Source: an uncultured delta proteobacterium (lineage in GTDB: Bacteria > Desulfobacterota > Zymogenia > Zymogenales > Zymogenaceae). From it: 64,000 nucleotides of DNA. The first letter of the stretch is position 1. Every line of letters begins with the position of its first letter. The translations under genes were made by a program, and so were the position numbers. Below, piece by piece: positions 31,625 to 42,482 of the stretch. The notes under the pieces were generated by a model. The model ran no database searches, was not told the origin of the DNA, and worked only from the letters and a program-made list of their open reading frames with translations. The stretch is taken from positions 64,001 to 128,000 of the forward strand of contig CAWBYW010000011.1 in assembly GCA_963792965.1 (NCBI GenBank), written 5' to 3'.

Positions 31625-32787
31625 CTATCTCCCTGTAGCGTGTTTCAGCAGCCGTGGCATCAGAGGCTCGATTATATGCTTATCGAGCGTCGTGATCTTG
31701 CGGCACCCCGACTCGCGTGACTACATAGCAGTCCTCCACGCCGATAAGCATCTTGCCGAAAGACTCCCACGCCTCGATTTCGAATACCATGTTTTGTTCA
31801 AAGGGGCGGTCCATCACCTGCAGGGGGCCGAAAAGGTGCTGCTCCTCGCATTCCAGCCCGATGCTGTGCCCGATGGCAAAGGTCATTCCGTCCGGCTTCT
31901 TCGTTTTATAGAAAGCGGTGGCCTCCGCGTTGAGCTGCTTGATATTCACCCCGGGCTTGACGCGCTTTTCGTAATATTCCTGCAGCAGGATAAGCCGGTC
32001 GATAATCTCCGCCGCCTCTTTCGGAACGGGACCCAAAACGACATGACGGTTGACATCGGCCACATATCCCTTATATACCGCGCCGAAATCGAAACGGGCG
32101 ATGTCGCCCTTCTTTAAGACTGTCCCGATGCCGGGGGCCTCAGGGTCGGATTCGCCGATGCTCAGCGTCAGATGGTCCCATACCTCGGCGCCTTCCTCGA
32201 TCATGGTTTTTCGCGCCAGCATCAGGAAATCGTTATCGGTCATGCCCTCTTTGAGTGGCATTGATGCAGGCCGTGATGGCCTTCTCCGTGATCTGCGTGG
32301 CTTTTTCGATGCGCCGGATCTCCTCTTCGCTCTTGATCAGTCGCATCTCCAGCAGGACCTCATCGGCCGTTACGATTTCGGAGGCGGGACTTTTGCCGAG
32401 CAAGATAGATCGAGCAGGTATTTCGGGGCAAAAGATTCCACGCCGATACGCTTTCCTTCCATTCCCCATTTCTTTATCTTGGCCGCTATCGCCCGGACGG
32501 TCTCTTTCTGCCCGATAGTCCCCTTGTGATCGGCTATCCAGGAGAACTTATCCACGCTCTGAAAGAGGTCCCAGTTAAACAGGGCCGAGTCGCCGTCACG
32601 GTTGATCATCGCCACGTTGGGATATTGATTACTCAAGCGCAAAAAGGATCGGGTTCGGGCTGGCGTGCAGCGTCGGCATGCCGCTGGTGTAAAAAACATT
32701 GACGGGAGTGGTCACGATCATGAGATCCAGGTTGTGCTTATCGAGCATTTCCTGCATCCGTTTGCGGTTAAAACCGATCGGTTTCAT
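31625..32787 (-). CDS. M24 (Xaa-Pro peptidase/creatinase fold) protein, paralog B; several frameshifts
   Basis: NVFYTSG, RLIKSEEEI, FDFGAVYKGYVADVNR, GHSIGL, FEIE, GVED. Confidence 0.8.
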
Positions 32788-32799
32788 ACGTTTCACCTC

Positions 32800-34464
<1,665 letters not shown>

Positions 34465-34576
34465 GGTTAGGTGTACCTCCGTGCTTTTTGTATCCTGTGC
34501 GATAGAGAGACATTTCGCTCACACCGTACCGGGTAGGTATCCACTCACGCGCCTCCTCGCCGGGCCGCCCGTTCTC

Positions 34577-35704
34577 TCATACCGAGATGATGTCGGCGGC
34601 ACGTGTGTTGAGACGCACCGTTTCCCTGTCGGTTATGAGAAAGGTCTCCTCATCGCCGATCTCGACCCCTTCCTCATAGTTCGTGTAGAGCTCGATGTTG
34701 ATGACCATCCCGGGCCGTAAGGTCAGGTCGGTCGTGCCATATACCCAGACTTCTTCCGTCTGGAGGCCGATTGAATGGCCGACGTTGATGATAAAGGGCG
34801 GGAGATCGTTCTTTTTGTAGAGCTCAAGGACCCGGTCATGCAGCTCTTTGGCGGTCACGCCGGGAACCAGTGATTTTCCTATTTCGGTGACGATATCGCA
34901 CATGATGGAGTGAAGCTTGGCCAGACGCGCCGGCACAACACCGGTGTAAACGTGTCTGCGTATATCCGATAGGTAGCCATAGTAGCTTGCCCCGAGGTCG
35001 AGCGCCACGAGCCTGTTCTTTCCCAGGCTCTCCTCTACGGACACCTCGGGATTGGAGGTGCCGAATGAGATGGTCACGTGGCCGATCCCGGTGGCTCCGT
35101 TCTTGATCATTCGGTGCTTGGCCTCACCGATGAGCTCGGGGCGGCTGATACCGGGCCGGATGATCTCTATGAGCTGGCTGATCGTCGCCTCCGCAACGGC
35201 GGTGCTCTTCCTCATCATCTCTATTTCTTCGGCGGACTTGATGAGCCTGAGCGACTGGATGATATCGTCAATCACGACGGGGTCCTTCAGCCCGGCGCCG
35301 GACTGGATGAGCCGGGTGGCGAAATAGGGACAGTCGGATTCTATGCCAATCGTTTTCCCACCGAGATCACGCGCCGCGAGGAAGTTCTTCAAGGACTCAA
35401 TGCTTCCCGTGCGGTCGATATACATTTCAACGTGGTCGACGGCATACTCAACGCCCCCGAGCACGGCGCCGATCCACGCGAAAAGCGTTACGCGCCCGTC
35501 GGCCTCGATGAACGAGAAGAAGGGCAGTTGATTTTTCAGTGCGTAGAGTATGGGGTTCCCGGCGCCGGGTATGCAGGGGTATCCGGTTGTGTAGAATACG
35601 TTTTCCGGAGTGGAAAAGAGCACCGCGTCGATCCCTCTTTCTTTCATGAGACGCATGAGCCCTGATTTATCGAACCCGAGAGACTGAAATTTTACGGGTG
35701 TCAT
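34577..35704 (-). CDS. M24 (Xaa-Pro peptidase/creatinase fold) protein, paralog A
   Basis: NVFYTTG, RLIKSAEEI, LDLGASYYGYLSDIRR, GHSIGL, NIE, GDEET (metal ligands D, D, H, E, E present). GGAGGAGG RBS. Confidence 0.88.
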   Translation of the reverse strand: MTPVKFQSLGFDKSGLMRLMKERGIDAVLFSTPENVFYTTGYPCIPGAGNPILYALKNQLPFFSFIEADGRVTLFAWIGAVLGGVEYAVDHVEMYIDRTGSIESLKNFLAARDLGGKTIGIESDCPYFATRLIQSGAGLKDPVVIDDIIQSLRLIKSAEEIEMMRKSTAVAEATISQLIEIIRPGISRPELIGEAKHRMIKNGATGIGHVTISFGTSNPEVSVEESLGKNRLVALDLGASYYGYLSDIRRHVYTGVVPARLAKLHSIMCDIVTEIGKSLVPGVTAKELHDRVLELYKKNDLPPFIINVGHSIGLQTEEVWVYGTTDLTLRPGMVINIELYTNYEEGVEIGDEETFLITDRETVRLNTRAADIISV

Positions 35705-35749
35705 CGCGCCTCCTCCGGAACGAACGCGGTTTCGCAAGGCTAAATGGCA

Positions 35750-35796
35750 AATTGGTATTACCAATATACTTACAACGTCGCTCGCACCCCTGTCAA
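35750..35796 (-). promoter_or_regulatory. FadR-family operator and promoter of the catabolic operon
   Basis: Palindrome ATTGGTATTACCAAT (35751-35765) matches the PdhR/UxuR-type AATTGGT-N-ACCAATT box. A perfect TTGACA lies at 35796-35791 on the minus strand; the -10 is imperfect. Confidence 0.75.
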
Positions 35797-36227
35797 GTTA
35801 AAACCTCTCTTTAAGGGCGGGAAGAAGCAAAAAAGAGAGATCCGAAGGCCGTTTGCGGGCCCGGCTTCCCGTCATAGGCATGGTAGCTGTTAAAAATGTA
35901 AAAAACTACCGACTGAAGTAACAAAAAAGGTAACTTTTTTATCACATGTGCTGTTTTTGTACTATAATACTATTGAGAATTTTCTTTTCAGGCACCTTCA
36001 GAAGGCTTCAACGAGGGAGCCCGCCGATCAATATGAGTCCAGAGGTGGCAAAAAAGGTCGGCTCGCGATGGGCTGCCTTCGGAAGTCGATCGGGCCGTTA
36101 CGTCGGGAAGAGAGACCGACCGGCCCGGAGGAAACGCGGGTGCCCAGACAGATGAGACTACCGATCGAATGAGCTATTTTTATGGTCTCGTGGCTTGTCT
36201 GAGAGTTTAAAATGACAATGGGAGGTC

Positions 36228-36638
36228 ATGATGAACAGAAAGACAATCCGAGAAATTCTGAAGCTCCACTTACCCGGATGGGGTGTATGGACGGTCTTTT
36301 GCTTCATTTCGCTCGTTTTCTTTGCCGAGCTTTACTTCTTTACGTCCTATAATTACGAGCTGGTAGATGGGGCATACAAGGGGACGGTGATCACGAGGGT
36401 CGTCATCCAGAAGCAGGAAGAGCTCATCAAAACCCAGTGCGACTATATCGACCAACTGAAGTCCGTCAATAAGGTACTGGCGGAACGCCTCGTGGCCGCC
36501 GAGGACGAGAATGCCGACTTGAAAAACGACATCGTGGTGACGTTCGGTCCGTTTGCCGAAAGCCTCGGATACCATATCGTCTTCCTCGGAGGACGGGCGT
36601 TCGTCCGAAAGGACGACGGGACGGTCGGGTTCAAGTAG
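36228..36638 (+). CDS. Hypothetical membrane-anchored coiled-coil protein
   Basis: GGGAGG RBS, one hydrophobic segment, then a heptad-like region. No family recognised. Confidence 0.6.
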   Translation: MMNRKTIREILKLHLPGWGVWTVFCFISLVFFAELYFFTSYNYELVDGAYKGTVITRVVIQKQEELIKTQCDYIDQLKSVNKVLAERLVAAEDENADLKNDIVVTFGPFAESLGYHIVFLGGRAFVRKDDGTVGFK

Positions 36639-36837
36639 ATCACCCGCGTCCCGACATAAGCGATTCTGAACGGTCGTGAGGGTGAAGCCAGGACGGTATC
36701 CTGAGACGGAACTCGACAGGTCCGCCGAAGGGCTGATCACATATCTCTTTTTGGGATGCCGGCGTATTCTCCGGATTTTTCTAATGATTCGCCTTACGTG
36801 AATGTCCCCGAGTTCGGAACCGCCCTCGACGGCACGT

Positions 36838-38073
36838 TTATTTTGCGCCGCAGCACTTCTTATATTTCAGGCCGCTCCCGCAGGGACATGGATCGTTTCG
36901 TCCGGCCGTGCCGCGCAAGATTCGGGCTTGCTCCTGGGTCTCCTGCTTTTTTCGCCACTCCAATACCAATTGCCTGATCTGGTCGTCGGCGTGACCGAAG
37001 AAGATCTTATAGGCGTCGCAGAGGTGATTGACCCTTGGGTCCGTCGGGTTATGGACGCGGTCTTTTGTGCATCCGCCTCGACAGACGGAGAGGTAGCCGC
37101 ATTCTCTGCACGACGCATCAATATCCGATTTCAGCTTCCCGAACTCGATCTGCCGGGGCGAATTGAGCATCGCCGTGAGGCTGTCGCTCGTGATGTTGCC
37201 GAGCCTCCAGCGCGGCTCGACGAAGAAATCGCATGAATAGACGTCTCCGTTATGTTCCACCACGACGTATGAGCCACATTCCTTGTCCAGCGTGCACTCC
37301 GGCGCCGGGAACCCGGCATAGGCAAACAGAAGCGACTCGAAAAACCTCACGGAGGTCGTGGGGACCCCATCAATAAAATCCCTTCGCCACAGGTCGAATA
37401 TCTTGCAGAGAAATGCGCCGTATTCATCTGCGGAAACCGAAAACGGCGCAGCGGTCTCGGGATTTTCGGGATCGATCTCGACGCAGGGGATAAACTGCAT
37501 GAACGTAAGTCCGAGGCCCTTGTGAGACTCGTAGATCTCCTCGGGGAAACGGACCGAGTAATCATTAACGACCGTCAGGGCGTTGACGGACACCCCCGCG
37601 TCGAGCATAAGCCTGGCGCTGTCGGTAACGTGTGACCATGAGCCCCGGTCACCTGTGATGCGGCGGTAGTGGTCGTGGACATGCTCAGGTCCATCGATGG
37701 AGAGCCCGATGAGGAACTGGTATTGGGCGAAAAGCCGCGCCCATTTCCCGTCGATGAGGATACCGTTGGTCTGAAGTCCGTTGCCGACGACCTTCGTATG
37801 CCCGTACCGTTTTTCACACTCGACCGCTTTTTCGAAGAAAGCCACTCCCATGAGCGTGGGCTCTCCACCCTGCCAGCCGATCGATACCTGCGCGCCCGAT
37901 TGATCCATGAGCTGACGTATCATCTCGTCCAGCACCGCCTCGCTCATCCGGTGGGTCTTTGTTCCGCCGAAGAGGGAGCGCTTGCCGCTGTAGAAACAGT
38001 AGGCGCACGCCATATTACAGTCGGGTCCCGCCGGTTTTACGAGGATATCCCGTAGAATCCTTCTTGCCGCCAT
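36838..38073 (-). CDS. Anaerobic sulfatase maturase (radical SAM/SPASM) with C-terminal SEC-C motif
   Basis: KPAGPDCNMACAYCFY, WQGGEPTL, YSCDFFV, CRECGYLSVCRGGC, GRNDPCPCGSGLKYKKCC. Confidence 0.93.
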   Translation of the reverse strand: MAARRILRDILVKPAGPDCNMACAYCFYSGKRSLFGGTKTHRMSEAVLDEMIRQLMDQSGAQVSIGWQGGEPTLMGVAFFEKAVECEKRYGHTKVVGNGLQTNGILIDGKWARLFAQYQFLIGLSIDGPEHVHDHYRRITGDRGSWSHVTDSARLMLDAGVSVNALTVVNDYSVRFPEEIYESHKGLGLTFMQFIPCVEIDPENPETAAPFSVSADEYGAFLCKIFDLWRRDFIDGVPTTSVRFFESLLFAYAGFPAPECTLDKECGSYVVVEHNGDVYSCDFFVEPRWRLGNITSDSLTAMLNSPRQIEFGKLKSDIDASCRECGYLSVCRGGCTKDRVHNPTDPRVNHLCDAYKIFFGHADDQIRQLVLEWRKKQETQEQARILRGTAGRNDPCPCGSGLKYKKCCGAK

Positions 38074-38074
38074 A

Positions 38075-39637
38075 CTACTTCTTTGTCCATCCCCCCGGGT
38101 TCTTTTCTATTGATTTCTCCCATTGGGTCATCACGGCATCGAGCTTCTTACAGACGTCGGGGTACCGCGAGGCGAGATCGTAGTTTTCTCCCACATCGGT
38201 CTCGAGATTATAGAGGTTCGGCCATACCCCGAGGAAGTCCCCTCCCGAGCGCTTACCGAGGAAGGTGGTCGGTTTGTCCATCGGTATGGGCCATGTGTAG
38301 TGGTTAATGTACCTGAAGTATTTCCAGTCACCCGCCCGCACTCCCTCCAGCTGTTCGTGGTGATAGAAGAAGAACGCATCGTGGGGTGATTTCTTGTCAT
38401 TACCCGTCAGGAGACCGGCGATGCTCTTGCCGTCGATGATCCTGTCCGTCGGGAGCTCGAGCCCCGCCAGCGCCAGCAGCGTGGGGAAGTGGTCGATATT
38501 CATCGTCGGCTCGCTACAGACGGCGCCCGGCTTTATATGACCCGGCCACCTGACGATCAGCGGCACCCGGAATCCCCCTTCGTAGCTCTGCCCCTTCCTC
38601 CCCCGGAATGCGTCGCCGGGATTGCCGTTATACCAGGGGCCGTTGTCACTGGTGAATATTACGACGGTGTTTTGCTCAAGCCCGTTTTCCTTCAGATATC
38701 TCAGTATCTTGCCAATGTTGGAGTCAAGCTCTTCCACGACGTCTCCGTAGATGCCCGCCCGCGACTTATCCTTGAACTCTTTGGTCGCATAAAGGGGCAG
38801 GTGCGGTGCGTGGTAGGCCATGTAAAGGAAGAACGGCTGCTTGCCTTTCGACCTCTCAATAAAGCCTATCGCCTCCTTCGTGGAAAGGGAGCTCAGCCGC
38901 GCCTGATTGAGGCCGATGTCTTTTTCGAGCATCGTCTCGTTTCGATAGAGCGGATTGGGAAGCTCATCGTTCGTCATGGGCGTGCCGAAAAACTCGTCAA
39001 ATCCGTGTCTCATCGGGTGATACTGCGGGTCCACGCTGAAGTCTCCGAGGTGCCACTTGCCGATCATTCCGGTCCTGTAGCCCGCTACCTTCAGCGCGTC
39101 TGCAATCGTGATCTCGGATCGGGGTATGCCGTCCACCGAGCTTCCCCGGGAAAGGTCCAGCGCGCCGAGCCTGCCCATCGCTCGGCCCGTTTTTATGAAG
39201 ATCCTCTTGATAAAGGGGGTCCCGCCTGACTGCAGGGGAAAGGTGAGTCCCGTCCGTATCGCATATCTTCCGGTCAAGAGGCCGATCCGGGACGGCGTGC
39301 ATAGGGAGGCCGACGCGTATGAGTCGGTAAACCGAATGCCCGCCCGAGCAAGTGAATCGATGTTAGGAGTCCTCACGGTCCTGTCACCGTAGCAGCCGGG
39401 ATCACCGTATCCGAGGTCGTCGCAGAGTATCAAAACGATGTTCGGGGGCGTGCCTGTGAATTCCTTGTTTCTTATGATAGGTATTATCCGGGGCGCGTCC
39501 GAGGCGTGGGCGGGCCCAACCCCAACGCCGTCGAGAACACCGGGAAACCGGTGCAACGCGGTGTAGCCCAACGCCGCGGCCCCGAGAGCGACACCCGTTT
39601 TCAACATCGTCCTTCTGTCTACCGTCTTTTCTCCCAT
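38075..39637 (-). CDS. Tat-exported Cys-type arylsulfatase
   Basis: DRRTMLK Tat signal, PNIVLILCDDLGYGD, CTPSRIGLLTGR, GKWHLG, FTSDNG. Confidence 0.93.
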   Translation of the reverse strand: MGEKTVDRRTMLKTGVALGAAALGYTALHRFPGVLDGVGVGPAHASDAPRIIPIIRNKEFTGTPPNIVLILCDDLGYGDPGCYGDRTVRTPNIDSLARAGIRFTDSYASASLCTPSRIGLLTGRYAIRTGLTFPLQSGGTPFIKRIFIKTGRAMGRLGALDLSRGSSVDGIPRSEITIADALKVAGYRTGMIGKWHLGDFSVDPQYHPMRHGFDEFFGTPMTNDELPNPLYRNETMLEKDIGLNQARLSSLSTKEAIGFIERSKGKQPFFLYMAYHAPHLPLYATKEFKDKSRAGIYGDVVEELDSNIGKILRYLKENGLEQNTVVIFTSDNGPWYNGNPGDAFRGRKGQSYEGGFRVPLIVRWPGHIKPGAVCSEPTMNIDHFPTLLALAGLELPTDRIIDGKSIAGLLTGNDKKSPHDAFFFYHHEQLEGVRAGDWKYFRYINHYTWPIPMDKPTTFLGKRSGGDFLGVWPNLYNLETDVGENYDLASRYPDVCKKLDAVMTQWEKSIEKNPGGWTKK

Positions 39638-39889
39638 CGTCGTGCTCCTGACTGATACCCAAGAAAGATGCCCTATTGCCGATGTCTCTCATGATACGCC
39701 CTTTGCGTGGAGGCTGCCATAAGACATCGGAGACCACCGTGGCCCATATTATATACCGTATTTTTCTGTTCGTGAAGGATTCTTTGGAGGACGAAGTTTT
39801 AGGCGCCCACATCGAGAGACGTCTTATCGGTAAGATACGGTAAGAGGGTTCTCCGCGGGGGATGGTGCGATAACCGGTTCAATCGATGA

Positions 39890-40477
39890 TTACGGACGCT
39901 CCTCGATCTCAAATAAACAGGTATCGTCGCCGAGGGCCTTGCACTTAGTTTCTTTGACGATATAGATTCCCTTTCCAAAGGTCCAATCGGTAAGGAACGA
40001 GAGCGCCCCCGCGTACTGGGAACAATAGGGCTTCTTGCTGGTAATTCCGTCGCACATCAGGCAATCAAAGACGTCGAACTTCGGCATTCCCTCACCATCC
40101 GAAACGGCCTTCCCCTTATTGACAGCGATGCGAAGAAACTCGAAGCATTTCGTGATTTTCTCGTGGGGGCGAAGGTCGGCAAGATGGTTAAGGACCCCGA
40201 ATTTTAAGACAGATGTCTCTGTATTCTTATAGCCGATCTGCCTTAGGATCCCCTGGGCGCCCACGGCTCCGACAAGGTTGACGACCTCAACAAAGAGCGA
40301 AAGCTGCTCCGCGTTCGTGAAATTCTTATCCCATGTGTACTCCGGCGGAGACTCGATAACGCGAATTAGCCCCACATTTCTGAAGATCATGTCTCGTGCC
40401 CAGGTACCCAGGATTTCGTCAACCGAATCGTATATGGCTCTGATCGCGATGTTTGTTACTGTCTTTTCAGCTTCCAT
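39890..40477 (-). CDS. V4R (4-vinyl reductase) domain protein
   Basis: CLMC...KPYC...ETKCKALGDDTCLF V4R Cys/Glu pattern. GAGG RBS before MEAEKT. Confidence 0.8.
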   Translation of the reverse strand: MEAEKTVTNIAIRAIYDSVDEILGTWARDMIFRNVGLIRVIESPPEYTWDKNFTNAEQLSLFVEVVNLVGAVGAQGILRQIGYKNTETSVLKFGVLNHLADLRPHEKITKCFEFLRIAVNKGKAVSDGEGMPKFDVFDCLMCDGITSKKPYCSQYAGALSFLTDWTFGKGIYIVKETKCKALGDDTCLFEIEERP

Positions 40478-40523
40478 TAGTATAGCCACCTCTTCAGGTG
40501 AGTTTAGACGAAACAGAATACCC

Positions 40524-41423
40524 CTATTGATCGGGACGTAGGGGTATGGCATCCAATTCCTTCCACTCCGATTCTAATTTATTCCAATCCAGGGATTGGA
40601 CCCCGATGTCTTTCTGTTTTATGAAAAAGGCGCAACATTCATCTCCCTTTGCAAGGCATTTTACCTCCCTGGACTCAGTCGACTTTCCGGTAAGGTTATA
40701 GGAAAGACTCTCACCGATGCCTTCAAGATAGCTTTGAAGTATTATGCAGATCGGTCTTGACGAAGAAACGCCGTCCATTTCATAGGCGTTCCAGCATTTC
40801 AGGAAGAATATATAATTTTGGTCTTTTGCCTTTTTGGTAACGGTCCGCGACTTGCCCCAACCATACAACGGGAATACGTACGACAGAACCTGGTCCATCG
40901 AAGCCATTGCACTATCAAGCTCGTGCCAGCCGTAGTCAATACAGGCCTTATTCCCGACCGCCATTCCTCCCTTTTTCGATACCCTCCGAAGTATTGCATT
41001 GGCGCCATTTTCAGTCAGGACGTCGACCATGACCTCCTTCAGTTTCTGTAGATAGAGTATTGTTTCAATCTCAAACAGAGTATTACCGTAGGCCGTCATT
41101 TCTCGCGACCTTCCATCATAAGTAAAAACGCTGGGGATATTACTTTCGCTCAACGAGATGGGAAGGATTTCAGCATCGTTCAATTTATATAAAGATTCGA
41201 TGAGCGCTCTTTCTCTGAGATCGTTGGGTGCCTGTAGTCGTGACAGTAGAGCCCTTAATAGTATTGTAAGGGTATCCTTCCCCGCCACCATTTCTATCTC
41301 ATCGAAGAATGCCTGCAGAAAGCCCTTTCTAAAAAGCACAATTCTTTCTTTTTTCCCTTGGCAAACAAGGTTAATATCGCCTTTTCCATGTCCCCATTCG
41401 ATTACCTTTTCATCTTTCGCCAT
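40524..41423 (-). CDS. V4R domain protein (longer, with N-terminal extension)
   Basis: YGWGK, NAYE, RPIC...GIGE...EVKCLAKGDECCAF. GAGGAGG RBS. Confidence 0.82.
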   Translation of the reverse strand: MAKDEKVIEWGHGKGDINLVCQGKKERIVLFRKGFLQAFFDEIEMVAGKDTLTILLRALLSRLQAPNDLRERALIESLYKLNDAEILPISLSESNIPSVFTYDGRSREMTAYGNTLFEIETILYLQKLKEVMVDVLTENGANAILRRVSKKGGMAVGNKACIDYGWHELDSAMASMDQVLSYVFPLYGWGKSRTVTKKAKDQNYIFFLKCWNAYEMDGVSSSRPICIILQSYLEGIGESLSYNLTGKSTESREVKCLAKGDECCAFFIKQKDIGVQSLDWNKLESEWKELDAIPLRPDQ

Positions 41424-42081
41424 ATTGAACCTCCTCATATTCCGAGGGGCATATCATTTTCAAGGCACTCCAAAAACTCCCATATTACAAATTATCATAT
41501 TTAAATAGCGAATACAAGGTGTAGCAATGAAGCAGACGACCCCCCAAGAAACACGACTTTGACCTCACCTCCGGAAACAAGGCTGAGTTATGGGCGGGTT
41601 TAGGAAGATAGTTGGCCAAAAAAGAGAGCATTTCTCAAACAGCTATACCTAAATCGTTTCCGCCGAAACGCGTCGGCATACTCCTCCTGGATATCCTTGG
41701 CGGTATATTTCAGATGGTGCCCTGCGCTCCTAATAGCGGAATACCCCGGTAGTTGTTCAGACTTCGCGAGACTGTTGGTGCTGTTGTGAAAGCGGGGGCG
41801 AAGAAACGTCTGAGTATGTGCGGACTGACGTTAAGGCCAACGGACTTCTTACAAATCTATTTAAAATTGACTCAACTTTTTTCACATGGCCAACTGACTA
41901 CATTTATACAGGTCGCGACGTATATAAACAATATCATATGTTCCTGAAGTCCCCTTAGATTCCCTGTGATTCTCTACGATTCATTCTATATTTCATCTGT
42001 ATCAGAAACGTCATGCAACGGTGGAAAAAAGGGAGTCGGGACGCTCTCGATATTCTTGTCGATGATCATAGGGATCTCCCG

Positions 42082-42456
42082 CTAAGAAAGGAGTTTCTTT
42101 ATCTCGGCCAGGAATTCGGTGTCTTTAAACGTCGATTTGTCATAATGGAGGTTGATACCGATTTCCTTTGCGTACCGGAAGAATTCGGGTTCCTTGTAGA
42201 CACCGGTCAACAAAACGATAGGAATTGTCTTGCCGGAAGGGAGGGCGCGGATTTGCTTGGCGAGCTCAAATCCGTTCACCACCGGGAGAAGGCCGTCGAA
42301 GATTATCAGGTCGGGCTTGAACTCCTCGAAAGCTTTCATGACCTCATCGCCTCGGGAAAGCCCGAGGGTCTCGTAACCCGTCGCCTTAAGCTTGAAGAGG
42401 AGCAGTTTCTGGAATATCGCGTCGTCTTCCGCCACAAGGATCTTCTTTGCCGTCAT
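42082..42456 (-). CDS. Single-domain response regulator
   Basis: KILVAEDD, PDLIIFDGLLP, IPIVLLTG. Confidence 0.88.
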   Translation of the reverse strand: MTAKKILVAEDDAIFQKLLLFKLKATGYETLGLSRGDEVMKAFEEFKPDLIIFDGLLPVVNGFELAKQIRALPSGKTIPIVLLTGVYKEPEFFRYAKEIGINLHYDKSTFKDTEFLAEIKKLLS

Positions 42457-42482
42457 AAAAATCACCTATCAGTCACTATCGG

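Noticed and set aside
35800-36227. Possible structured leader upstream of the hypothetical membrane protein
   Set aside because: There are short hairpins only and no recognisable family.
41424-42081. Long intergenic region examined for a riboswitch or ncRNA
   Set aside because: I found no convincing match to c-di-GMP, c-di-AMP, SAM, TPP or cobalamin motifs by eye. An Rfam scan would be needed.
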